DNA of 64,000 nt from Octopus sinensis (GCF_006345805.1 NC_043021.1:10912001-10976000); one strand, 5' to 3'; shown: positions 37,201-51,158, counted from the first letter of the stretch. Program-made: numbers and translations. Notes: generated by a model from the sequence alone, not told the origin.

Positions 37201-39284
37201 CAGCAATGAAATTCAATTAAATTAATATTTTCCACGCCTGATACTTGTATGTCTATTTTCAAAGAGTTTGTTTGTCCTTTGCCTTGGGTTCAGTGAATCA
37301 TCTGTTTTCTTGTGGGGGAGAGATAGGGGTGTTTTTGTATTCTCTTGACGTCATTATCGGTCGGGCTGAACCAAAAATAAACGATTAAAAGCATATACTA
37401 AACTGCTGAAATAAACTTCAGATAAAGTGTTTTTTCTATAAACAGAAGTTATTATAAAATATAATTGCTTTCTAACATGGTTAATGCGTGTTAGAATATT
37501 AATGCTGTCTATTGTAAAATTAGGTGTTGACTTTCACAAGAATATTCTTTTCTACTCTAGGCACGAGGCTCGAAATTTTGGGGGAGGAGGCCAGTCGATT
37601 AATTTGAGTCCGAAAGGACGAAAGGCAAAGTTGACCTCTTTCAAAAAATATTAATGCAGTCTGTTGTAAAACGTTAATTCGTACATTTGAACTAGGTGTT
37701 AGCGGTCATTGACAACTTGGTTATGCCGAAAAAAACCAAAAATATTCATTAGAATTTGTCTTTCAAATAGAGTGAGGGTGTATTAAATACGAGCTCACAT
37801 ATTTGAGAACAGCATTAGCTATGTAAAAACATCGGTACCAATCTCTTCCTCAATCAACACGTCGTAGCTACGTTTTCCCTCTTTCTCCAGTTCATTTAGT
37901 TTAACCCTTTAGTGTTTAAACCGGCCATACCAGGCCAAAATTGTCTTCCTGTTTTATGCTCAAACCAGCCAGCTCTGACCTCTCACACCTACCCTTCAAA
38001 GTCATTCTAAAAATAAACAGGGACATCATCAAAATCCCAGAGTTACAAGATGCTGTACAACTAATTTAAAACAATGTAATTAAACAGGCTTTACATTTGA
38101 CAGAGTAATCTGAATGCTAAAGGGTTAATCTGCCTCTTGTTGGGCAAACAACTTTGAACTTCAATGCAATGTGGGGAAAGATGGTCTCCTCTCCACATTA
38201 TTTTTTGCTTATTTTTTTCTCTTGTCATTGCACGTAGCGAAAACCTAATGCACCTAAAAAGCGCACACGAGTATTTCGGGAATGAACGTGGTATGCTGCA
38301 TCCCTTGTCATCATCAATACTGTGAAGGCGCATGGCTCAGTAGTTAGAGCGTCGATCATGAGGTTGTGAGCTCGAATCCCGGACCAGGCTGCGTGTTGTG
38401 TTCTTGAGCAAGGCACTTTATTTCACATTGCTCCAGTTCACTCAGCTGTAGAAATGAGTTGCGATGTCACGGGTGCCAAGCTGTATCGGCCTTTGCCTTT
38501 CCTTTGGGCAACATTGGTGGCGTGGAGAGGGGTGGCCGGTATGCATGGGCGACTGCTGGTCTTCCATAAACCACCTTGCCCAGACTTGTGACTAGGAGGG
38601 TAACTTTCTAGGTGCAATCCCATGGTCAGTGTCGTGACCGAAGGGGGTCCCGTCCCGTCCCATCATCAATACTCTATCTTTTGAATGTGTCTTACATTGT
38701 GGGTTCAAATGCCACCAGGGTTGACTTCCAGAGTCGATAACATAAGTACTAGTTGAGTACTGGGATCAATGTAGTGGAAGCTGCTAACCTTGTATCAAAA
38801 TTTAAAACCAGTATTATCATCATCATCATCATTTTCATCATTTAGCGTCCGCCTTCCATGCTAGCATGGGTTGGACGGTTCAACTGGGGTCTGGGAGGCC
38901 AGAAGGCTGCACCAGGCCCAGTCTGATCTGGCAATGTTTCTACAGCTGGATGACCTTCCTAATGCCAACCACTCTGTGAGTGTAGTGGGTGCTTTTTACG
39001 TGCCACCGGCACACGTACCGGATGGGGCTGGCAAACGGCCATGGTCGGATGGTACTTTTTACGTGCCACCGGCACGGGGGCCAGGCGAGGCTGGCAATGG
39101 CCACGATCGGATGGTGCTTTTTACATGCCACTGGCACAGGGGCCAGGCGAGGCTGGCAATGGCCACGTTCGGATTGTTTGCTTATGTGCCACCGGCACTG
39201 GTATCACAGCTACATTTGTCATGATGTTGTTTCTAAACTGACTGCATTGATTTCATCACTGTTGGTCCATTTTTATGACTTTTA

Positions 39285-39850
39285 TTGGGCTGTCCGGAAA
39301 GTTCGTGCCGATTTATAGTAGTTTACCTTTCAACTTATTTTAGAACATGATTGACTCCGTAAAATAGGATTTGACTACACCTCCATTCAGAGCACAGTTT
39401 AAGCTATCTTTTCATGGAAGAAGGTTAATGTTCCTATAATCTGTGTTAATTCTGTAACCCTTTACAATGGAAGAGAAGAAAGTTCATTTTTGGCACTTGA
39501 TGCTTTGGGAACCAGACAAAAATTGCTGCAGCTCGGCTGGGATGTGTTACCCCACCCTCCATATTCACCAGATATTGCTCCTTTGGATTTCCACTTATTC
39601 AGGTCTCTGCAGAATAGTTTTAATGGTAAAAATTTCAAATCCTTGGATGACATAAAAAGATACCTTGATGAATTTTCTGCCATGAAACCACCTCATTTCT
39701 GGGAAGAGGGTATTTTCAAGTTAAAGGAAGGATGGAGACGCATTGTGCAACAAAATGGTTCATATTTGGTTGATTAAAAATGTAATGGCAAGTATTTATT
39801 GACCTTTTTCTTTCCTTTAAAAATCGGCACGAATTTTCCGGACTACTCAA
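39285..39850 (+). mobile_element. Internally deleted mariner with both TIRs and TA TSD
   Basis: 30-bp TIRs ttgggctgtccggaaagttcgtgccgattt (4 mismatches), TA on both sides, C-terminal transposase HPPYSPDIAPLDFHLF (ORF 39490..39777). Confidence 0.92.
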
Positions 39851-40295
39851 TACATTTTTCAAATCTGTTCTACTATTTTGTTCACAAATTTGTTTTGACT
39901 GGGAAGGAGAATGAATTTATTTATGTTGGTACAACCACAATTGAAAAATTTGAAGTGTATGTTTGAAGTTAAGACTGCTATGACCACTGTGAACAGCACC
40001 TCTTCCCACTACCACGAAGTAGCTGCTTTGAATACAAATAAACAATTTGAAAGGACGTTTCTTGTTACAGCGTTGTCAGATAAATTCGTTCGTGTCTTTT
40101 CCTACAATTTTTATTTCTACAATGTTTATTTCTACATAGGCGTAGGAGTGGCTGTGTGGTAAGTAGTTTGCTTATGAACCATTCCGGGTTCAGTCCCACT
40201 GTGTGGCACCTTGGCCAAGTGTCTTCTACTATAGCCTCGGGCCGACCAAAGCCTTGTGAGTGGATTTGGTAGACAGCAACTGAAAGAAGCCTGTC

Positions 40296-40335
<40 letters not shown>

Positions 40336-43300
40336 GTGTGTGTGTGTGTGTCTGTGTTTGTCCCCCCAACATGGCTTGACAACTGATGCTGGTGTGTTTA
40401 CATCCCCGTAACTAGTGGTTTGGCAAAAGAGACCGATAGAATAAGTACTAGGCTTACAAAGAATAAGTCCTGGGGGCGATTTGTTTGACTAAAGGCGGTG
40501 CTCCAGCATGGCTGCAGTCAAATGACTGAAACAAGTAAAAGAGTAAAAGAGAGAGAGAGAGAGATTATTATTATTATTGTTATTATTATCATATTTAAGG
40601 TGGCAAGCTGGCAGAATTGTTAGCATGCTGGGCGAAATGCTTAGTTGTATTTCATCTGCCACTATGTTCTGAGTTCAAATTCCACTGAGGTCGACTTTAC
40701 CTTTCATCCTTTCAGGGTCAATAAATCAAGTACCAGTTGAGTACTGGGGTTGATGTGATCAACTGTCCCTCCCCCCACAAAATCCAGGCCCTGTGCCTAT
40801 AGTAGTTGGTGTATTAAGGTAGACACATCTATGAATAACATGCTGTTATTTATAGACATGTCTGCCTTGATACTACAACTACCAAAAAAATATAATCAAA
40901 AAACAAAGCAAAAAAACACACAATTAGGCACAGATGTGGCTGTGTGGTAAGAAGCTTGCTTAATAAAGGCACAATGGCCCAGTGGTTAAGGCAGCGGACT
41001 CACGATTATAGGATCACGGTTTCAATTTCCAGACCAGGTATTGTGAGTGTTTATTAAACGAAAATACCTAAAGCTCCACAAGGCTCTGGCAGGGGATGGT
41101 GGTAAAAAAAAAAAAAAAAGAAAGGCGGTGAGCTGGTAGAAATGCTTAGCAGTATTTCGTTTGCTGCTATATGTTCTGAGTTCAAATTCCGCCGAGGTTG
41201 ACTTTGTCTTTCATCCTTTCGGGGTCGATTAAATAAGTACCAATTAATCCGTTTGTCTGTCCCTTTTTGTCCCTTCTGTGTGTAGCCCCTTGTGGGCAGT
41301 AAAGAAATAAGAAGCTTGCTTCATAACAACATGGTCCTGGGTTCAGTCCTGCTGCATTGCACCTTGGGCAAGCCTCTACTACTCTAACCTTGGGTCAACC
41401 AGGACTTTGTGAGTGGATTTGACAGACAGAAACTGAAAGAAGCCTATTGTGTATATGTGTGTACACACATGTCTTTGTGTCTGTGTTTGTCCCTAAAAAC
41501 CACTTGACAACCAGTTTTGGTGCTTTTTATGTTCCCATAATTTAAAGGTTCAGCAAAAGATACCGATGGAATTAGCACCAGGCTTTAAAAGAAAAAATAC
41601 AGGGATCAATCGAGTACTCAATTGGAACTTGATTTATTGACCCTGAAAGGATATTATTAGGAATTTTAATGAAAAAAATTCTTATATGGACCCTCAAGGG
41701 CCATATGGACTCCCAAGGGTCACATAGACCCCTGTTGAGAACCATGGTTCTACATGAACAGATGAAACTGTAAAACCATACCAGAAACAACTGAACAAAC
41801 AAACAAATTCTACACCAAAGCAAAACTGATGCAGTGCTATATTCAGCCACAAGCCTACATTTCCCCTCCAATACCCCCCCCCAAAAAAAAAATCAATGTC
41901 ATACACACCTTGACATACTTAGTGGTAGAATAGAAATACTATAATGACTTAGCGGCTTGCTGGTCCCTTTTCCCCTTCCATAAGGGTGTTTTACCTGATC
42001 CTCCAAGTTATTTTCACGGCTATTATCCTTCGTTCAGGATTTCCTTGATTTCTAAAATACCAGTCACTTGATGCTTCAGTGTCATCATCATCATCATCAC
42101 CATCTGTTAATGTCTGTAGTCCTTACTGGCATGGGTTGGATGGTCTGACCAGAGCTGGTAAGCTGAGGGGCTGCACGAGGCTCCTGTCTGATTTGGCACA
42201 GTTTCTACAGCTGGATACCCTTCTTAATGCCAACCACTTTACAGAGTGTGCTGGGTGGTTTTACATGGCGCCACGCAAGCGCTTATATGTGGCACTGGCA
42301 CGAGTGCCTTTTACGTGGCACTGGCACATGACTCTTGCAGGCCAGTCCTCTCTACCAGTGGGAATGGCCTTAACACTTCTGCTACAGAGGGCGGGTCTTC
42401 TTGAGTCCTCAATGTTCGTTTATGAAATTGTCCTCACATTCCAAAACCTATTATTTAGATTTATAAAAGACAAGATCTGTTATCAGGGGTCATTCAGCTC
42501 AACAGCACTGAGCACTCAGTTGGAATTTGAGGGGTACTGAGTTTGATTCTCTGTAGCAGCTCTCTGGCCCTTTTTTTCTGTCTACAGGGGAGCACTGGAT
42601 ATTCTTTTTAACTATCCACTGAAACACTGTATGAAAGCAATATGTTTAGTCCACTCAAATACATACAAGATTTCTTAAACTCTGTAAGTATGAAGGGGCA
42701 CTAGAAACATCCTGGTATTAAGGGTATCATGAAAGGCCTGGTTGGTAGCCCAATCGTCAGGGTTCTTTTAAGGGCTTAAAATACTGAAGGAGCACTGCAA
42801 TGATTATGAGAATCTGAGAGAGGAATATGTTGAATAAAATCATAATTAATTGATCTGCCTGTATTTTCTTTTACCCAAAGTCAGGAACTTTTCAACACCT
42901 TTCATACGTACATACATTCTTTACTCTTTTACTTGTTTCAGTCATTTGACTGCGACCATGCTGGAGCACCGCCTTTAGTTGAGCAAATCAACCCCGGGAC
43001 TTATTCTTTGTAAGCCCAGTACTTATTATATCGGTCTCTTTTGCCGAACCGCTAAGTGATGGGGACGTAAACACACCAGCATCGGTTGTCAAGCAATGCT
43101 AGGGGGACAAACACACATATATATATACATATATACGACAGGCTTCTTTCAGTTTCCGTCTACCAAATCCACTCACAAGGCATTGGTCGACCCGGGGCTA
43201 TAGCAGAAGACACTTGCCCAAGATGCCACGCAGTGGGACTGAACCCGGAACCATGTGGTTGGTAAGCAAGCTACTTACCACACAGCCACTCCTGTGCCTA

Positions 43301-43449
43301 TACACGTATATTTATATATAGGATCATTATTCATATATAATGCTATACTGTAATAACTAGAGTAAATATAAAAATTTCAGTGAACCACTGAAAAACACTT
43401 TGTTTTTCTGTACAATATCCTCAAGTTCCTCAAGTTCACACACACACAC

Positions 43450-44480
43450 ACACAATCATCATCACCACTACCACCACCTTCTTCTTCTTCTAACACCCGT
43501 TTTCCATGCTGACATGGGTTGGATGGTTGGGCATGAAGCTGTCCAGCCGGGGGAACTGTCCAAACTCCACTCCTCTGCTGAGGCATGGTTTCCACACCTG
43601 GATGCCCTTCCTAATGCCAACCACTTAACAGAATGTGCTGGGTGCCTTTTACGTGCCACTGGCACGGGTGTGTTTACACAGCACCAGCACAGGTGCATTT
43701 CATGTGACACCAGCACCTACAAAGGACAAACCCGTATGTTGAGAAGACACTGATTTTACTTAGCTTGACATGTCTTCTCAAGTACAGCAAATCACCACAA
43801 GTCCCAGTCCCTTGTCATTTCCTCAGTGAGGCCCAGCATCCAAAGACCCTTTCTCACCACTTTGTCCCACATCTTCCTTGGTCTACCTCTTCCACAAGTA
43901 CCCTCCTCAATTAGAGCATGCCACTTCTTTATGCAGGTATCCTCATCCATACACATCACATGACCAAACCAGTGCAGTCTTCTCTCTTGCACACAACATC
44001 TGATGCCTCTTATACCCTGTTTCCCTCTTATATCATTTACACTTTGTCATATGTGCATGCAGACATTGCCCACCCAGTGGAGCAAGCTAGTTTCATTTCT
44101 TTCAAGCCTTCACAAGTCCTCTGTAGTCAACACCCATGTTTCACTGCCATGTAACATAGCTATACATACACAGGCATCATACAATCTGCCTTTCACTCTG
44201 AAAGAGAGGCCTTTAGTTACCAACAAAGGCAGAAGCTCTCTGAACTTTGCTCAGCCCATTCTTATTCTAGCAGCTACACTTTCAGAACTTCCTCCTACAC
44301 TGCTCGCTTCATCTCCCAAGTAACAGAAGCTATCTACTACTTCAAATTATTCCCCTGAGCATTATTAGTGTTTATTGTACCCGCACAGTGGCCACACACA
44401 AAGACTATTTTCTCTGTTAATCTTCCTGTGAAGTCACTGCACCTCTTATGTGTCCAAAGCTTGCACCGGTACAACATATG
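43450..44480 (-). mobile_element. RTE-like LINE 3' fragment (Cys-rich segment, RT C-terminus, 3'UTR)
   Basis: [22 protein letters not shown]; ARIRMGWAKFRELLPLL; RRLHWFGHVM...GRGRPRKMW. The 3'UTR matches the dispersed ggatgcccttcctaatgccaacc family. Confidence 0.85.
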
Positions 44481-44518
<38 letters not shown>

Positions 44519-44536
44519 TATATATATATAATATAC

Positions 44537-44571
<35 letters not shown>

Positions 44572-44578
44572 TGCATAT

Positions 44579-44634
<56 letters not shown>

Positions 44635-44652
44635 TATATCATATATATATAC

Positions 44653-44705
<53 letters not shown>

Positions 44706-44870
44706 CATTATATATACATATAAAAATCATATATTTAATTATATATATATATACAACTATATATATATACTATTATATATATATACATATATATGTATAT
44801 ATATATGTAATAGTAATATATATCTATGTATATATATATGCACTATATATATACATACTATACATATATA

Positions 44871-44913
<43 letters not shown>

Positions 44914-45135
44914 TATATACATATAATAACTATATATCTATATATATATATATATATAATATATATATATAATATATATATATATATAATACATATATAT
45001 ATATATACAATATATATACACATATATATATATATATTTAGTAAATAAATAAATAATTTACATAATATAATGTCTAAAAGTTGATGAACCACCTATTGAT
45101 CCCCTCCATTTTCTTATTGCTCTATATATGTATGC

Positions 45136-45186
<51 letters not shown>

Positions 45187-45697
45187 ATATATACATATGT
45201 ATATATCTACATATTTATATATATATATTTAAATATGTAGATATATACATATGTAGATATACATATATATATATAATATAAATATATCTTATATCTTATG
45301 AATATATAAATTTATATTCCACTTCCAGTCACTCCAGTAACTACACACATGCTGTTAGGGATTTTTCTTCCTTCTTTGGACCTTTCCCATTTCCCTTTTT
45401 TTTCCAGCAAAGAGCTGTGCAGGGAACATAAAAAACTCTCTCTGTTTTTCTGAGTGTCAAACTAATACATTCCATTTGCATGTCCTCTTGCTGTTTGCTA
45501 TTGCTATTTTTAATGTTGAATTATTCTATTTGACAATATAAATATATAAATGTTTACAGTTAACACGGAAAATTCAATAAACAGTTACCAGGGTAGCAAA
45601 ATTCACGCATGTAATAAGGATGTAGCGACCTATTCAAAGGTAGAAACTCCGGGTTAATGTACAGTAATTTGTATAGTATAAGTATATAAATGAAGTT

Positions 45698-46019
45698 GAA
45701 TGCAGATGTTATTCAAATTATTTTACTTTCGACATATGTTTCAATGACAACATTGGTTTTATTCCAAAGGAATAAATGGTGTAAAATAATGTAATCTTCT
45801 CATCAGGAAAGAAAGAGAACCTTAAATACTTAATAGCATTCTGTTCATCATTTATGCAGTCATCAAAATTGTTATAATGTCTTGTTGTTGAGATGGGTTC
45901 TCTTTCTTTCTGATGGGAAGATTACATTATTTTACACCATTTATTCCTCTGAAATAAAACCAATGTTGTCTTCGAAACATATGTCGAAAGTAAAATAATT
46001 TGAATAACACCTGCGTTCA
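45698..46019. repeat. Inverted repeat (about 125-bp arms, about 73-bp spacer) with a hammerhead motif in each arm; probable Penelope pLTR relic
   Basis: 45698-45822 is the reverse complement of 45896-46019. Motif CTTTC-CTGATGA-GAAGA...TCTTC-GAAA-CATATG-TC-GAAAG. Confidence 0.7.
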
Positions 46020-46026
46020 TTCCCAT

Positions 46027-46242
46027 TTAACACGTACCTTTAGAACCATCATGGCATCTGATGTGGCTTTTTAAACCAAATAATGTTTTGAAAAGACATC
46101 CACATAGATTGCATATCTGCTTTGGATTCCCAAGAGCTGCAGTTAAGTTCTGATCTTTGTGGATCTTGAAATGTCTTTTGAAGCATCCATTAGATTTGCA
46201 GACCTTCTGACATACATTGCCTGGAAAGGGGTGCACAGACAT
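46027..46242 (-). pseudogene. Two-finger C2H2 zinc-finger fragment, probably LINE-derived
   Basis: CNLC-x12-HIRCH is intact. The first finger PFP(G)NVC..HFKIH has lost its first Cys. Confidence 0.55.
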
Positions 46243-46360
46243 ATAGGCAGAATGTACTCACACATACACACACACACACACATGTATAAATATGTATGCG
46301 CAGGTGTGGCTGTGGGGTAAGAAGCTTGCTTCCTAACCACATGGTTCTAGGTTCAGTCTC

Positions 46361-47921
46361 AAACGAGCCTAAATTAGTTCCGGACCAGCTGCAGGCTTAC
46401 TGAACTATTCTTAACAGTGTACGCCAACGCAAGGGACGAATCTTCTTCCTCGATGCTCCTGGAGGGACAGGAAAAACATTTATTACAAAGCTTTTCCTTG
46501 CAAAAGTTTGGTAGCATCAGGACATTGCAGTAGCTGTAGCCTCCTCTGGCATTGCAGCTACTTTGTTACCCGGTGGCAGGACAGCACACTCAACTTTTAA
46601 ACTCCCTCTCAATTTAGCAGCATCCGAAATGCCTTCATGCAACATCAACAAAAGCTCAGATCAGGGACAAGTACTTAAAATGTGTTATGTAATTGTCTGG
46701 GATGAGTGCACTATGGCTCACAAGGGAGCTTTGGAAGTATTAGATAGAGCCCTGAAAGACATCCAAGACTGTCAGGCTCCAATGGGAGGTGTAACGCTTC
46801 TGTTGTCAGGTGATTTCAGGCAAACTCTTCCTATCATTCCAAAAGGCACTAGAGTTGATGAAGTTCAAGCACGCCTAAAGTCCTCTACCCTGTGGCATCA
46901 TGTTACAATCTTTAGTCTCACCACTAACATGAGAGCTCAGCTACACGGCGACAAAATGTCCACAAAGTTTGCACAGGACATTTTGACACTTGGTGAAGGC
47001 AAGATGCCTCTCGATGCTGCAGGACAAATGGAAGTGTGGTCATTTTCCTCTGTTGTTGATTCTGTAGATGACCTCAAAAACAAAGTCTTTCCCAACTTCA
47101 CACAAAACTACCAAAATCACAATCGGCTGTGTGAAAGAGCAATATTAGCTCCAAAAAACGTCGCTGTTAACAAAATTTATCAACAGCTAATGCATTCTCT
47201 TCCTGGCACTATACACACTTACAAATCTGTTGATACAATTCCAGATATAAATGAAGTTGTGAACTATCCTCCTGAATTTTTCGATTCACTGGAGCCTCCT
47301 CAACTACCTCCACACATATTACCACTTAAAGTTGGAACTCCTGTAATGCTACTCCGCAATCTGGAACCACCAAGACTTTGCAATGGAACACGACTGGTGA
47401 TAAAGAAAAGGATGTCACACGTTATCGAGGCGATCATTCTTTCTGGATGTGGAAAAGGTGATGACGTCTTTATTCCAAGATTTCCTCTTACTCCACCAGG
47501 AGCAGAAATTCCATTTACATTCAGAAGACTGCAATTCCCCCTTCGTGTCAGCTTTGCCATGTCCATTAACAAATCTCAGGGTCAAACCCTCTCTGTAGCT
47601 GGTCTTCTCTTGGAAGATCCCTGCTTCTCGCATAGGCAACTGTATGTTGGCTGCTCAAGAGTAGGAACCAAAAGAAACCTTTTTGTATATGCTCCACAAG
47701 GAAAAACAAGGAACATTGTTTACGACGAGGTGTTATAATCTCAACAGCCAGGAGGTATATACATGATCCCCTTTTTTTTAACAAACTTCATGTACTTTCA
47801 TGCATTTATATTAATATACATATATTTGTGTGTGTGTGTGTGTGTGTGTATCCATATATACATAACAGAAAAGTCTAATTCTTCTATTGAATGTAACGGG
47901 CAATGCCGGGTATCTCTGCTA

Positions 47922-47922
<1 letters not shown>
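46361..47922 (+). mobile_element. Helitron 3' portion with PIF1-family helicase (pseudogenised, 5'-truncated)
   Basis: ORF 46563..47738 has helicase motifs (WDECTM, GDFRQ, FAMSINKSQGQT, LYVGCSRV). Walker A APGGTGKT lies upstream in frame, flanked by stops at 46401 and 46512. 3' end ACGGGCAATGCCGGGT hairpin remnant, then CTAG (47919-22)|T. Confidence 0.92.
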
Positions 47923-47957
<35 letters not shown>

Positions 47958-48438
47958 TATATATATATAATATGCGCAGGGACATAGAAATAATCGGACT
48001 GAAAATCCGATCACGCAGTTAAACCATTGGGAGTGAAGAACTCCTAGCCTTTGTTAGGGCATCCTTCTAGGAGAAGGTAACTCAGATAACTGGGATAACT
48101 CCGACATAAAACCTGCGGCTCAGTGGTTACCGATGATGTTGACTTGTTCTTCTTTTTGGATTATGGCTGCTGTTGCTTAGTGAGTGGGATTGATTCAGTG
48201 CACAGCCTTTCCTCACTTTAAAAAAATCTTCTTGCACAGACATCGCCCGATAACAACATTAATTAAGCTTCGTGCAATGGCCATACTCGATAACGAGGGG
48301 GCAGCCACCATGTATATATATATATATATATATTTATTTATTTTGTAGAAGGAGCTTCTATAGAACTAGGACTGTTTCATTTAAAAGAAATCATCAGTAC
48401 CTTATTTACTGTGGTTAACCCCGACTCAACCCGGGACC

Positions 48439-48479
<41 letters not shown>

Positions 48480-48691
48480 GTGTGCGTGTGTGGTGTGTGT
48501 GTGTGTATACATATATCTATATCTATCTATCTATCTATATATATATATCTATATATATATATATATATATGCTAGCATGGAAAGCGGGGACGTTAAACGA
48601 TGATGATGATGATATATATTATATATATCTATATACATATGTATACATAAATCTACATGTGTGTGTGTATGTGCGTAATGACTGAAGCAAG

Positions 48692-48755
<64 letters not shown>

Positions 48756-49400
48756 GACTGCGGCCATGCTGGTGCACTGCTTTGAAGGTTTTTAGTTGAG
48801 AAATCAACACAAAGGCTTATGTTTTAATGCCTAACACTATTCTATTGGCTTTTGTTGCCAAACAACTAAGTTGCAGGGATGTAAACACACCAACATCGGT
48901 TGTCAAGTGGTGGTGGGGTACAAACACAGACCACAAAGACACACAAACATAGATATAAACATATATATATACATACATATATATATATAAATACATATAC
49001 GATGGGCTTCTTCCAGCTTCCATCTATCAAATCTACTCACAAGGCTTTGGTCGGCCTGAGGCTACAGTAGAAGATACCTGCTTAAGAGGGTACCACATAG
49101 TGGGAATGAACTCTGAAGCATGAGGTTGGGAAGCAAGCTTCTTACCACACAGCCACACCTGCGCCTATATATATATATATATATATATAAGTATAAAGTT
49201 AATCCAAATCAGAAAACACAAAAAAACACAACGCGAGGACATGGAACAAATATAGTATTATTGGATGCTCAGGAAAGAAGGAAAGAAGGAGGGTTTAATG
49301 TTTCGAGCGGAGCTCTTCGTCGGAAACATAGGAGAAGGAAAGATCCATAGAAGGGAAGACAGAGGAAAAAACATCGCCAACATATATATATATGTGTATG

Positions 49401-49449
<49 letters not shown>

Positions 49450-50018
49450 TCATCATCATCATCATCATTTAACGTCCGTTTTCCATGCTAGCATGGGTAT
49501 ATAAATATATATATAAAGAGAGAGAGGGAGAGACAGACAGACAGAGATCTGATGAGAACTCAGTAAGGTTCAAAAGCTAATAATTTTTTCAAACTACAAA
49601 GGAATCATTAAGTTTATGATATTCCTATATAGCTACTGTATAGGTCAGCTTACATATGAGTGTATGTATGTGTGTGTGTGTGTGTGTGGTCTTTGTTTAT
49701 GTTTGTCACCCCAGACATTGCTTGACGACTGACACTGATGTGTTTGTGCCCTCATAACTTAGCAGTTCAACAGAAGATACTGATGGAATCAGTACTAGGA
49801 TTACGAAGAATAAGTCCTAAGGCTGATTTCTTCAGCTAAAAACCTCTTTAACATGGTGTTCCAGCATGGCCACAATCAGATGACTGAAACAGGTAAAAGA
49901 ATAAAAAGAAAATAAATATTATGTATGTATATTGACTATTTATTAAATTTTATGTATTGATTAAGTCTTTCCTTGTTTGTTTGCAAAATAGTGGTTTTGT
50001 CTCAAATAATATTTTATA

Positions 50019-50075
<57 letters not shown>

Positions 50076-50078
50076 ATG

Positions 50079-50112
<34 letters not shown>

Positions 50113-50183
50113 ATATATATATATATATATACATATAATTTAATATATATACAAACATATATGTATTTATATCTATATATGTG

Positions 50184-50232
<49 letters not shown>

Positions 50233-50461
50233 TCACATATATAATTTATGTATATGTATATGTATATATATCACATGTATATATGTATGTATATCTATCT
50301 ATCTATCTATCTATGTATATATATTATATATATATATATGTATATATATACAGACATATATGTATGTGTATATACATGTGTATGCATGTATGGGTGTGTT
50401 TAATAAGTGGTAACACATGAAACTCTCACCCCTTGAGTCTCTCTGTTGCTTCTGCTAAATA

Positions 50462-50500
<39 letters not shown>

Positions 50501-50727
50501 ATATATATATAATATATATATCTTATATAATGTATGTATGTATGTATGTATGTATGTATGTATATAGGTATATTTAGGTCTCTATGTTGTGAGGATTCGA
50601 AAAGTGGGGGCGTCTGAAAGTTTATCCGACAACAACGACAACAAAAGAAAAGCAACAAAAAGAAAAAAGAGAAAGACGAAGAAGAAGAAAATTACAATGG
50701 AGGCAAATTAAGAAACAGAAGACTCAC

Positions 50728-50833
50728 TCTGTTGGGCCACCACATCAACCAGCATCAAGATCAGCAAGAACAAAAGCGAGAAGGAAGGAATGATTGCTAC
50801 AGAGAAAAACCGTACTGACTTCAGTCTAGGCAT
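50728..50833 (-). CDS. EGF/F-type-lectin-like receptor gene, first coding exon (signal peptide MPRLKSVRFFSVAIIPSFSLLFLLILMLVDVVAQQ)
   Basis: ATG at 50833 in tcACCATG context, basic N-region then a hydrophobic core ending VVA|QQ. Donor A|GTGAGT (phase 1). An upstream acceptor ttccacAG at 50849-50848 implies an unlocated 5'UTR exon. Too short for the ORF track. Confidence 0.85.
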
Positions 50834-51099
50834 GGTGACATCTGACTCTGTGGAATGTACGAAAAATCAACACGGAAAACCTACTTCAATTTTAAAAGTG
50901 GTTTCCAAATTAGACGGCCCTCCCTATCTACCATTCCAATATCTTAACAGTTGCTTGTCATTTTATATGTTATTCTCTCTGTATGAAAATTTAATATTTT
51001 ATTTTCTGTGAAATATGTTAAATGAACTTGTAAGCTTAGTTGGCTTATATGCAGAGTAGATGGAGGCATGTCTGTCTCTGTATCTCTCTGTCTATCTAT

Positions 51100-51114
51100 T
51101 TATCTAGCTCTCTG

Positions 51115-51158
<44 letters not shown>

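Noticed and set aside
46563-47738. Host PIF1 helicase gene
   Set aside because: Intronless, truncated, has in-frame stops around Walker A, and ends in a Helitron hairpin plus CTAG.
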